Positions 38,601 to 47,120 of a stretch of 64,000 nt of DNA are shown here, one piece after another. The notes under the pieces were generated by a model. That model was not told the origin of the DNA and made no database searches. It worked only from the letters and a program-made list of their open reading frames with translations. The DNA comes from Flavonifractor porci. Its GTDB lineage: Bacteria > Bacillota > Clostridia > Oscillospirales > Oscillospiraceae. Every line of letters begins with the position of its first letter. Within the stretch, counting starts at the first letter, position 1. The stretch spans positions 150,050-214,049 of the forward strand of contig NZ_JBBHLB010000005.1 of the NCBI RefSeq assembly GCF_037572415.1, read 5' to 3'. The translations under genes were made by a program, and so were the position numbers.

Positions 38601-38893
38601 ATTTCTTCCAGAAAATCTTTGGTGTAGCTGTCGATGCCGCTCTCCACCACAACGTTGACTTCTTTGGTCATGGTGAAGGGTACTGCTCCGTCAGGATAGA
38701 CGACCGAATGGGGCACCGGATAAATTTCATAACGACCTTGGTCCTCTGAAAATCCGTTGACAAGACTATCTTCCACCATGCCCTCTTTGGGCGGCTGCAG
38801 CGCAAACGCAGGCGACACGGTGGTAGACAGCATGGTACCGGCCAACAGCAAGGCCAGTACCTGTTTGTTGCCTCTTGACTTCATCCTCTTCAC
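32609..38893 (-). CDS. giant (2094 aa) secreted, cell-wall-anchored glycoside hydrolase: GH84-like beta-N-acetylglucosaminidase/hyaluronidase-type catalytic domain, F5/8-type C (discoidin) and Ig-like/FN3 modules, and three C-terminal SLH domains
   Basis: Signal peptide MKRMKSRGNKQVLALLLAGTMLSTTVSPAFA. Catalytic segment YRGVIEGFYGGWDVENRESVMRMGRDVKMNIFVYASKTDKYH… is GH84-like. Repeated beta-sandwich modules follow, then three SLH repeats at the C-terminus (FTDVKADEWFYEAVKYV…, FTDVESGVWYTDAVNWAASKGIVKGY…). Confidence 0.7.
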   Translation of the reverse strand: MKRMKSRGNKQVLALLLAGTMLSTTVSPAFALQPPKEGMVEDSLVNGFSEDQGRYEIYPVPHSVVYPDGAVPFTMTKEVNVVVESGIDSYTKDFLEEILADYDMTMTTSSAVVAGKTNILLGVYGDEDKTVADPVPTARTDLFDDSDSTGMGKYDPYMLVADTTNNANGVVTIVGKDTDCVYYGLATLQMMFSSFAGQKFLPVEIEDYSNNLYRGVIEGFYGGWDVENRESVMRMGRDVKMNIFVYASKTDKYHTSDWDKLYPEDQMKDFKRLVEVGKETKVEFVWSVHLGSFFKGGVSTDPSNEAGYAEYNRRFDLLTKKLDQFYAIGVRQFHILNDDFGSGTHADAVNLLNRIMTDYVDKKGDCATIVYCPQHYNVGRAETDNGEELASFKNLDSRIPIYWTGATVNSPVEQKNYDYAYDRSGHDIVTWLNYPCNEHTGGRGIFLGDSQAYLQWAKGLKHHLGIISNPCNKPQVSKVGIYQLMCWNWNNESYDENYLDIWEDCFKYLQPEVYDAYLTIARNVGAAVGSNVPSRFPGRNPFPESDYLKDTMAAVLEKTKNGTLTAEDPDFVKLRDECQHIVEAIAYFKEHCTSAQLIGELNPWLSNLEKVAQAIQPALQAAVAVNSDNLAEAWAQYNAANTEKKSLNTYGGSKRLQPFITDLMEGVSTRIFEELSPQVSHTEPTLYAVIGGVRQEATASNAMLDGNAGSAAKYDVAQQANDYYGVDLGIEKTVRGVSILQGEKDEDSNYYHNATLEYSQDGIQWITLVPEVDSTHITLSDLAIRARYLRLRQTEDSSSKLNVREFTVDTSAGTFTSGAANEQNAMDGNLLTAFNSSAAGELVYTLKKPVHLDSVSVIQNSVSNASVTVKVGDNWETVGTADNTVWVGDTSQLGDISAIKVAWAAGSNVSIAEILLNGRLDEGEAGKAPLPLPSIYTAPNPEIEVEVAFGTELDRAGLPAQGTVTLSNGKEVTLPVVWSGEDYDPTAAKEYTVTGNYVLGDTITNPGGFALTAVVAVRRDSSTPQEPFAGNLALNKAHQASGVSGSSDDPQSWKALDGDPSNRWCAGPAIKETGSVDAPQTPGVEWIIVDLNTGKDGEDLSGTNELTDITLKCYTDKSWPTKYDIYVSDEPFTVQDGKVSGGTKAASASYDPTDQKGHDDQVTVLPEGTSGRYVCVVFNEINKYATGATGISVAELKINGTKTYSAGVGAEENLSLEHPVYASGMELSSGFEPSKSVDGDTGTRWSSNWVGPEVATDSNGAWIVIDLGEDVADVTGISMSYFNKTWSDEYWIQVAGSDYTPQDYSKENLYQTMNNKEALTGQNAKDANAWTTIATVTQSGTESGATHSVAKADFTKPIPAGTRYLRLYFEKGNSVIPRESTCIGLKEVTVTGTRFVAPAEPNVESVKPATATGVLGTAFGDLNLPETVAATLADGTSITLNVTWSDEGYNSNSAEQTLTGTLQCQDPVTNTDGVKAELHLTLTEEPKAVSAAVNPASVTAQQGTAFAELGLPTRAVVEMSDSTFVVCNVAWTESDYAAESEAAQTIHGTLDAVNDLGVTITVERPDTTAPAAPAGLAASGVTQTGATVTWTPSAEADLAGYRVYLNGASDPVADITASTYAFSGLTPNAEYTVTVTAYDRSGNESQPASCTFKTETAVMHHIEYILYNASVDPKTDSVMDGTDLTFKLVPAEGYILPETISVTMGGTALEQGKGYTYDAVTGNVTISNINAEVLIRADAIDPNAPKTVTVTFESNGGSSVPEQTVEVGSTVAEPEAPVREGYVFAGWYTDNIYTTQWNFSDPVNESMTLYAKWEDNGSGGVPSTSYAITVDETDNGTVTSSRTRASKGLTITLTVKSDEGYKLDTITVTDKNGSEVKLTDKGDGKYTFAMPASAVTVKAAFVKDDTPVDTDTPFTDVKADEWFYEAVKYVCDNKLMDGTSSTTFAPLMITNRAMIVTILWRLEGQPKAEATLSFTDVESGVWYTDAVNWAASKGIVKGYSDTVFAPNDTVTREQLATILYRYAESKGYDVSAKGDLTTFADGANTSSWAAEAMEWAVGSGLLSGKDGGKLDPTGTATRVEVATILMRFADSKAE

Positions 38894-39307
38894 ATCTCCT
38901 TTTTAAAAATCGGACCTACTTCCGGCAGGATTGCGTTTACGCCTGCGGATTGGTATCATATCCACCCCTTATTTCTCCCGCCTTTGGCACTCCGGGTCTT
39001 AAAATCTTCGTTCATAACCTCCTTCTTATTTTTCGACACAATAGTCTATATTTAGTTTATCACGGTACCCTACAGCCGCAAGTATGATTTTTTATCATAC
39101 TTTTACTCAGTACAGAACTTTTTTTCAAGGGTATCAAAACTTTAAAACTATTTTAATGAAATTGCTTTCCCATAGTTTTATAGTCGGCATCCATATTCTT
39201 ACCTTAATTGGCCAACCTCTCCCTTGCTTTATACAGCCAGCCTGCGCCTTTCCTTCTTTTCACGCATATCATGTTGCGGGAGCATCTCCCAGAAGGGGGT
39301 AACACGC

Positions 39308-40681
39308 ATGGGTGTTACAAATTCCAACAAACTCACCAATACCGACCACATTGCCTGCGGCGATTCACTGCGTGTAAGCCTGTCCCTGACAGCTGCACCA
39401 GATATTATTTCCAATCCCACTGATATTGTGCTGATTCTGGATCGCTCAGGCAGTATGGCCGGCACACCACTGACCAACATGAAACTGGGTGCAAAAACAT
39501 TTATTGATATCATCGATGAGGCCACCGATAATATGAACGATGGTCAAATCGGTTCCGGCAGCCGCATCGGCATTGTCAGCTTTTCCAGTACCGCTGTGGC
39601 GAACACCCAGCTCATCACCTCAGTGAACACGCTGAAAGACGCTGTGGACAGTCTGAGCGCCTCAGGCCTGACCAACCACGCAGACGCCTTTTCCAAGGCC
39701 ATCCAGCTTTTTGATCCTACCTCCGGCAATGCAAAGGTGATGATCATATTTACCGATGGCAATACTACGGCCGGTGCGCCTCCGGCACCTGTGGCCGCCG
39801 CCGCCCGGGCTGCGGGTATCACCATCTATTGCATCGGCCTGATAGGCTCCGGCGGTCTGGATATTGACGCATTAAACAACTGGGCCACCGACCCGGACGC
39901 TGCACATGTGGCGGTAACGCCCGATGCCGCCGATTTGGAAGACCTTTTCAAAGAACTGGCAGCCAACCTGACCAAGGCAGGCGCAACCAACATTGTAATC
40001 GACGAAATCGTCAACTCCGATTTTATGATCACAAGTATTCTATCTCCCACAAAGGGCTCCGCCGCCATGTTGGACGCACACACTCTGCGGTGGACCATTC
40101 CCGCATTGGGGGTGGATGCCAGCGAGAGCGCTGTGCTTGATTTTTTCATCCGGCATATCGGCCGGGAGCCGGGAACCAAACTGGTCAATCAGTCCATCAC
40201 TTATTCTGATACCGAGGGGAATGTGGTGTCTTTTCCCGCCCCCATGGTAACTGTGGAATGCGACATCGTGGTAACGCCGGAAGCTTGCCCCACGCCAGTA
40301 GATTTTACCGTGGAAGGTTGCACCGACTCGGTCCTGGTCGACCTGGGAGACACCTATTTGGAGTCTCAGGGCCGCATCATACAAACAGACGTCACCATCA
40401 AAAATGTATGTCCCGGAAAACGGATCGCGCTGGCCGCCATTCTCTCGGAAGTGGACGCCAACGGAACAGAATATCCACGGGGCATGAAGGCAATGACCAT
40501 CCCGGCCCACAACTTTCCCACTTGCCGGGACATACAGGTCCGGTGCATCAAATTTGTTGTACCCGAAGACTTGAATGTTTCCGGAACCTCATTTTGCAGT
40601 CCCCGCAGCTTCAAGGCTCGCTTTATCGCCAACAGCATTGATACGGATTACCACTGCTGCGAATCTACGATCACATTATGA
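39308..40681 (+). CDS. von Willebrand factor type A (vWA) domain protein with a Cys-rich C-terminal region
   Basis: MIDAS motif DIVLILDRSGSM…G(T). No signal peptide. Low GC (~48%) relative to the flanks. The start is at the internal MGVTNSN with an AAGGGGGT RBS. Confidence 0.6.
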   Translation: MGVTNSNKLTNTDHIACGDSLRVSLSLTAAPDIISNPTDIVLILDRSGSMAGTPLTNMKLGAKTFIDIIDEATDNMNDGQIGSGSRIGIVSFSSTAVANTQLITSVNTLKDAVDSLSASGLTNHADAFSKAIQLFDPTSGNAKVMIIFTDGNTTAGAPPAPVAAAARAAGITIYCIGLIGSGGLDIDALNNWATDPDAAHVAVTPDAADLEDLFKELAANLTKAGATNIVIDEIVNSDFMITSILSPTKGSAAMLDAHTLRWTIPALGVDASESAVLDFFIRHIGREPGTKLVNQSITYSDTEGNVVSFPAPMVTVECDIVVTPEACPTPVDFTVEGCTDSVLVDLGDTYLESQGRIIQTDVTIKNVCPGKRIALAAILSEVDANGTEYPRGMKAMTIPAHNFPTCRDIQVRCIKFVVPEDLNVSGTSFCSPRSFKARFIANSIDTDYHCCESTITL

Positions 40682-40789
40682 CCCAACTCCCACTGTTTTG
40701 TTTTCACAGCACAGGATCTCTGCTGCAAAACGTTGATCTGCTCTCTTCGCAGGCAATGTCCCCAGTGCAGCATACAAAATAAACAAAAC

Positions 40790-40846
40790 GCAGCTACCGC
40801 AAACAGGCAAGCGCCTGATTTCGCGGTAGCTGCTGTTTTTGCCCGA
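40790..40846 (+). terminator. intrinsic terminator GCAGCTACCGC…GCGGTAGCTGC followed by TGTTTTTG
   Basis: 11-bp stem plus a T run downstream of the vWA gene. Confidence 0.6.
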
Positions 40847-41044
40847 TAAAGGCGGCTGTAACGGCATGAGATAGGAGCTTCTCAAACGTGTGCGGCGGAC
40901 ACGTAAGGTACAGCGTACAAAGCAAATTTTCACGATACCCTATGCAGCCAGGATATTGTATTGACCGCAGGGCGCTATTAAGATTATTGTGTTGGATTAG
41001 CTTCCTAATTGCAGCAAAAACGGGCGGGTTTCCCCGCCCTTCAA

Positions 41045-41263
41045 TTAGCTTTCATCGTCTTTGATATATTTCATAATATCGCCCACTTCGCAGTCCAGAA
41101 TACGACAAAACACCTCTATGGTATGGGTACTGACACTTTCGTTGCGCTTCAACCTTGTAATCTGTGCCGGGCTGATATTGTATTTCTTTATGAGGGCATA
41201 TTGGGAAATCCCTTTTTCCCGCATGACATTCCATAAGTTGTCGTAAGAAATCATAACATTCAA
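41045..41263 (-). CDS. XRE-family HTH transcriptional regulator (72 aa)
   Basis: HTH (GISQYALIKKYNISPAQITRLKRNES). AT-rich, with a terminator hairpin GGGCGGG-GAAAC-CCCGCCC downstream. Confidence 0.6.
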   Translation of the reverse strand: MNVMISYDNLWNVMREKGISQYALIKKYNISPAQITRLKRNESVSTHTIEVFCRILDCEVGDIMKYIKDDES

Positions 41264-41353
41264 GCCTCGCTCTCTACTTGAATGTTAACCGAAAACGATG
41301 TACAATTAGATTAACCAATATCGGTTAATATATTTATGTAGGAGGAGACGGAA

Positions 41354-42352
41354 ATGAAAAAAATATTGTTGTTTGTTCTATCAGCGGCTCTCATATTATC
41401 TTTGGCAGCTTGCGGCGGGGACACAACCAGTGACTCCAACGTATCAGGCAGCAATGAAACCAATACGCCAAACAACAGTGGAACACCCGGCAATGATGCT
41501 GATAGCGTTCAAGAAGCAGAGGTACCCAACAACGGGGAGTGGGACGAAATCCTTTGCTCCGGGGACGGCTATCACTTGGTAAAAAAAGAGGTTGATTCCT
41601 ACGATGGCTACAAATTCACACTTGGTGTAGTGGATGATGAGGGCCAGTGGGTACAGGAAATGACCGACACCGGAACTTTTGTAGACGAAGTACGCTTCCG
41701 CGCCGAAGGCAGCAGTGAAACCCTGCGAGACAGTTCCTGCTATATGTATCTGGGAGAAGGCGTGTTTCTTGCTTCTCCAGGTGTGTCCGTATACACAAAG
41801 GACGAAGAACACCGGGTCGGTCCTTGGGAGAACAGCGTATCTTACAGCCCTACTGGACGGGCTGAGGTTGCAATCTGGGAATGCCTTCTTTGGAATGTAA
41901 AAACTAATATGCAGACAGAGATTGACGCATCCAAGATGTCCATGTTCCAGGACGGATACTTGCTGTTCTGCAAAGAGGACGAGTCCGGCAGCGGTACACT
42001 CAGTGCCATGAATACTAACGGCGAAATCACTGAATTCACCTGTAAGTTCTTGCCCAATAAGCCCGGCCACAATTTCCCCGTCTATTCAGAGGGATTGTTC
42101 TATGCCTGCACTGACAAGGGGTCTCGTCCCGGTTTTTTTGACATCTCGGGTAATATGGTCATTGACTTATCGTCGTATGATGTAGGCAGGATACCCTATT
42201 CCAATGAAATGGGAGTAAACGCCCCGTACTTTGAGAATGGGCAGGCTACTATTTTATTCGCCAACAATGCCGGGAGCGTGTTCCAGGCAACTATTGATAA
42301 AACAGGGGCTTTCGTGGGAGAACCTGAAAAAGTAGATGTTTCTGTTTATTAA
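41354..42352 (+). CDS. hypothetical lipoprotein (332 aa)
   Basis: Lipoprotein signal peptide with lipobox LSLAAC. Low GC (~48%). No recognisable domain. Confidence 0.6.
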   Translation: MKKILLFVLSAALILSLAACGGDTTSDSNVSGSNETNTPNNSGTPGNDADSVQEAEVPNNGEWDEILCSGDGYHLVKKEVDSYDGYKFTLGVVDDEGQWVQEMTDTGTFVDEVRFRAEGSSETLRDSSCYMYLGEGVFLASPGVSVYTKDEEHRVGPWENSVSYSPTGRAEVAIWECLLWNVKTNMQTEIDASKMSMFQDGYLLFCKEDESGSGTLSAMNTNGEITEFTCKFLPNKPGHNFPVYSEGLFYACTDKGSRPGFFDISGNMVIDLSSYDVGRIPYSNEMGVNAPYFENGQATILFANNAGSVFQATIDKTGAFVGEPEKVDVSVY

Positions 42353-42415
42353 GCACAAAAAGAGAGGGCGGTACACCATCAGTGCCGTCCTCTCTCATTT
42401 TGTATTCCATTGTTA

Positions 42416-42826
42416 TCAAGCGCTCTCCTGCTCCTTCTTCTCTTCCTGCTTCTTCTGGAAGCCAGCAAGATCAATCACCTTGGAAGCATTGGAACTAAAA
42501 TCGGGCTGCTCCTTGTACTTTGGGAACTGGGTCTCAAACCAATTCCGCACAAACTTGTAGGGGATGGGCTGCTCCAGGGAGCAGGTCTTGACCACCTCAG
42601 ACTGGGCCAACAGCTCACCAGCATTCTGAAACACGCCCATATACTTCTCCATGTTTGCGCAAGTCAGGTTCTTGTAGGTGCGTTTGCTGGCATTTTTCTT
42701 GATGGTCTTGGTCGCTATCTGAGTACTGGGGAAGTCCTGGCGGTAAGCTCTCCACTCTCTGTATTCAGGAGGGCCGAAGATACGGGTCTGCTTCTTGAAA
42801 GCCTTGCCGTGGTGGGCAATCCCCAT
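42416..42826 (-). CDS. hypothetical ORF whose first codons derive from the displaced rubrerythrin 3'-end copy; it may be real or spurious
   Basis: Starts MGIAHHGKAF…, corresponding to rubrerythrin …[15 protein letters not shown]. Lys/Glu-rich C-terminus. Low-GC region. Confidence 0.2.
   Translation of the reverse strand: MGIAHHGKAFKKQTRIFGPPEYREWRAYRQDFPSTQIATKTIKKNASKRTYKNLTCANMEKYMGVFQNAGELLAQSEVVKTCSLEQPIPYKFVRNWFETQFPKYKEQPDFSSNASKVIDLAGFQKKQEEKKEQESA
42770..42818 (-). repeat. displaced, degenerated copy of the rubrerythrin 3' end (stop lost, one codon deleted)
   Basis: GAAAGCCTTGCCGTGGTGGGC…TTCAAGAAGCAGACCCGTATCTTCGGCCCT aligns with rbr 42985-43040, GAAAGCCTTGCCGTGGCGGGC…TTCGAGGGCCTGCTGAAGCGTTACTTCGGCTAA. 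Confidence 0.6.
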
Positions 42827-42984
42827 GGGACAAATCCCATGGGGACCCCAATGATTTCATCTGCTCGGGCGGAGTGAATCCGCCCGGCTTCGAGGTTTCA
42901 GCTTCGCCAAAACCCTCGGTGACGAGGCCCGCCACGGCAAAAAAGATCCCGGTCCGTTGGACCGGGATCTTTTAGGTATTCAGA
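42819..42984 (-). repeat. copy D of the structured element family, inserted exactly at the rubrerythrin stop codon, with its own strong terminator
   Basis: CCCATGGG-ACAAAT-CCCATGGGG palindrome, then ACCCCAATGATTTCAT, core hairpin CGGGCGGA-GTGAA-TCCGCCCG, and the terminator AGATCCCGGTCC-GTTG-GACCGGGATCT with A/T flanks at 42944-42970. Confidence 0.7.
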
Positions 42985-43527
42985 TTAGCCGAAGTAACGC
43001 TTCAGCAGGCCCTCGAAAGCCTTGCCGTGGCGGGCCTCGTCGCGAGCCATCTCGTGGACGGTGTCGTGGATGGCGTCCAGGTTGTGCTCCTTGGCCAGCT
43101 TGGCCAGCTCGAACTTGCCGGCGGTAGCGCCGTTCTCGGCGTCCACACGCATCTCCAGGTTCTTCTTGGTGGAATCGGTCAGAACCTCACCCAGCAGCTC
43201 GGCAAACTTGGCGGCGTGCTCGGCCTCCTCCAGAGCGGCCTTCTCCCAGTACAGGCCGATCTCGGGGTAGCCCTCACGATGAGCCACACGGCTCATGGCC
43301 AGATACATACCGACCTCGGAGCACTCGCCCTCAAAGTTCATGCGCAGGCCCTGGATGATCTCCTCGGGAGCGCCCTTGGCAACACCGACAACGTGCTCAG
43401 CAGCCCAGGTACGATCGCCACCCTGGAGCACGAACTTCTCCTTGGGAGCCTTACAGATGGGGCAGAAATCAGGGGCGGAATCCCCCTCGTGAACATAACC
43501 GCAAACAGAGCAGACCCACTTTTTCAT
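42985..43527 (-). CDS. rbr: reverse rubrerythrin (N-terminal rubredoxin-like domain plus C-terminal ferritin-like diiron domain)
   Basis: [28 protein letters not shown] (CxxC…CxxC rubredoxin fold) followed by diiron ExxH motifs ([23 protein letters not shown]). Confidence 0.85.
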   Translation of the reverse strand: MKKWVCSVCGYVHEGDSAPDFCPICKAPKEKFVLQGGDRTWAAEHVVGVAKGAPEEIIQGLRMNFEGECSEVGMYLAMSRVAHREGYPEIGLYWEKAALEEAEHAAKFAELLGEVLTDSTKKNLEMRVDAENGATAGKFELAKLAKEHNLDAIHDTVHEMARDEARHGKAFEGLLKRYFG

Positions 43528-43590
43528 GTGATTTTCCTCCTAATTTAATGATTTATTTTATTCAATTTCGGGTTAGCTGGAAGTGCTAAT

Positions 43591-43611
43591 CAGTAATGAT
43601 TATCATTTCTG
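43591..43611. promoter_or_regulatory. Fur-family (PerR/Fur) box AATGATTATCATT, a perfect 6-1-6 palindrome, in the rubrerythrin promoter
   Basis: Matches the core of the classic Fur box GATAATGATAATCATTATC. Located ~70 nt upstream of the rbr start. Confidence 0.55.
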
Positions 43612-43683
43612 ATATTAAGATAGCACAACTTAACTCTGCCGTCAAGTGTTTTTTTCAAATTCCGAAAACTTTTTTATTTCACC

Positions 43684-43832
43684 TTACTTTTCATGTTTGC
43701 GGCGGTAACGGCGGTGTCCCAGCACCAGAATAAAAACGCCTGCCGCTGCCAGGATTCCGCCCAATACAATCTGGGCGATGATGGGACCATACATGATAGA
43801 TATCACACGATCTATACTACTACTATAAAAGC
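43684..43832 (-). CDS. small membrane peptide (49 aa), not in the ORF track because it is under 60 aa
   Basis: GGGGGATAAGGA RBS then ATG. Encodes MDLGFYSSSIDRVISIMYGPIIAQIVLGGILAAAGVFILVLGHRRYRRKHEK, one TM helix and a basic tail, immediately downstream of the XRE-TM regulator. Confidence 0.35.
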
Positions 43833-43854
43833 CGAGATCCATTTCCTTATCCCC

Positions 43855-44226
43855 CTATGGCAGACATTCGGGCAACTTCATAAACTCCCACAGGCCATTT
43901 ATGGTCAAAAGCTGCAGCAGCCCCCGTATCAACAGATAGCTCCCCACTGCCAGCGGTAAAATCCCCAGCAGATACCATCTGGGTTCTCTCCTCTCAGGTG
44001 CCGCCTCTGTGGGCAGGCCCGGATCAGGCCTCTCCCCTAACAGCAGCTGGTCTGTTGTGATCCCAAATAGTTTGGCCAAGGCCACGATCTTATCCAATTC
44101 CGGCTGGGCAGCGTCACCCTCCCACTTGCTCACCGCCTGGCGGGACACTCCCAGCAGTTCGGCCAACCCTTCCTGAGACAGGCCCGCGCGTTTGCGGTAA
44201 TTCAGAATCCGCTCTCCCAAGGTCAT
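43855..44226 (-). CDS. XRE-family HTH regulator with a C-terminal transmembrane segment
   Basis: HTH (AGLSQEGLAELLGVSRQAVSKWE) plus a C-terminal hydrophobic helix WYLLGILPLAVGSYLLIRGLL. Confidence 0.6.
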   Translation of the reverse strand: MTLGERILNYRKRAGLSQEGLAELLGVSRQAVSKWEGDAAQPELDKIVALAKLFGITTDQLLLGERPDPGLPTEAAPERREPRWYLLGILPLAVGSYLLIRGLLQLLTINGLWEFMKLPECLP

Positions 44227-44417
44227 CCTTGCTCGCCATCCTTTCTCCCGGCGTCACCGGACAGTTCCAGACTATCAAACGATCCGGTTTCATACCATAA
44301 AGTTTGGCTTGAACTTCCACAACCGCTGGTTGTCAAAAGGGTTTTCAAGCAAAATCATCATAACATAGCCTGCCCAGCGTATTCAAGCATCCCTTGGTAA
44401 AGATCCGGCATAACAGA

Positions 44418-44452
44418 AAACGGGCGCGCTGGGATATACAGCGCGCCCGTTT
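44418..44452. terminator. terminator hairpin AAAACGGGCGCGCTG-loop-CAGCGCGCCCGTTTT
   Basis: Perfect 15-bp stem with flanking A and T runs downstream of the 44475..45068 gene. Confidence 0.65.
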
Positions 44453-44474
44453 TGAGCGGTTTTTATCAGGCAAT

Positions 44475-45068
44475 TTATGTGTCCGCAAGTGCCTGGGCGG
44501 CAGCCTTGATTACAGCCACGCAGGCATCGATACCGATACGGCTGTTGACGCACAGATCATACTCCCGGCTCTGTCCCCAACGGCCGGTGGCAAAATAATT
44601 ATAATAGGAGGCTCTTGCCTTGTCCTGGCGGATAACATAGCTCTCCAGATTGTTCTCCTGTACACCGTACTCCTCCCGAGCCCGGCGGATCCGCTGATCC
44701 AGAGGTGCATTGACAAATACCTTCAGGCAGCGGGGGTGATCCCGAAGGATATAGTCGGCGCAGCGGCCCACAATGACACAGGATTCCCTGTCAGCGGCCT
44801 CCTTGATAACTTTAGCCTGCGCGATAAACACCTGATCGGGAACCGATGGCGTCTGTACGCTGGTATAGAGATCATAGAGAAAACTATTGGTGGGGCGCTG
44901 ATGCTCGGCATTGCGGATAAAGTGCTCGGAGAAGCCTGTCTTTTTTGCCACATCGGAGATCAGCTGTTTGTCGTAAAATGTGATGCCCATCTCTTCGGAC
45001 AACTGCTTGGCAATAAGCCGTCCGCCGGAACCGTACTCACGACCGATGGTAATGACGATGTGTTTCAT
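44475..45068 (-). CDS. cytidylate kinase-like family protein (P-loop NTPase, function unknown)
   Basis: MKHIVITIGREYGSGGRLIAKQL… P-loop. Paralogous N-terminus to the protein at 54692..55177. Confidence 0.6.
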   Translation of the reverse strand: MKHIVITIGREYGSGGRLIAKQLSEEMGITFYDKQLISDVAKKTGFSEHFIRNAEHQRPTNSFLYDLYTSVQTPSVPDQVFIAQAKVIKEAADRESCVIVGRCADYILRDHPRCLKVFVNAPLDQRIRRAREEYGVQENNLESYVIRQDKARASYYNYFATGRWGQSREYDLCVNSRIGIDACVAVIKAAAQALADT

Positions 45069-45190
45069 AAGAACACCTCCTATCCTAATTTAAGTATAAT
45101 GCTTTTTTCTCCTTCCGTCAAAGAGTTTTCATTTTCATATCTTATATTTATTATCCTATGTTAATATGCAAAATTTATTACGGATTTCGA

Positions 45191-45218
45191 TTGACTTTCC
45201 GCCAAACCTGAGTATAAT
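45191..45218 (+). promoter_or_regulatory. sigma-70-type promoter TTGACT-16 nt-TATAAT
   Basis: Consensus hexamers ~90 nt upstream of the 45306 start. Confidence 0.4.
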
Positions 45219-45305
45219 AGTTGCCATCTGGCCCATATGTCCAAAGGGTCTTTTCCCTCCGCAAGGAAACTGAAAAAGAGAGCACAAAAAGAAAGGAGTA
45301 TCCAT

Positions 45306-45509
45306 ATGTTTATTCTGGGTATCATTCTGATCATCGCCGGTATTGGCTGTGCCGGTTACGGTTTTATGCAGAACAACAGCTTGGAGGCCCAGTTCACCAG
45401 CATCATGAGCAGCGGTACCGCTAACCCCGGCACCATGTTTATCGTCATTGGCGTGATCCTGCTGGTAGTCGGTATCATCCTCTGTGTGGTCGGCAAAAAG
45501 AAGAATTAA
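45306..45509 (+). CDS. small membrane protein (67 aa, two TM helices)
   Basis: AAAGGAG RBS then MFILGIILIIAGIGCAGYGF…IVIGVILLVVGIILCVVGKKKN. Confidence 0.45.
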   Translation: MFILGIILIIAGIGCAGYGFMQNNSLEAQFTSIMSSGTANPGTMFIVIGVILLVVGIILCVVGKKKN

Positions 45510-47120
<1,611 letters not shown>

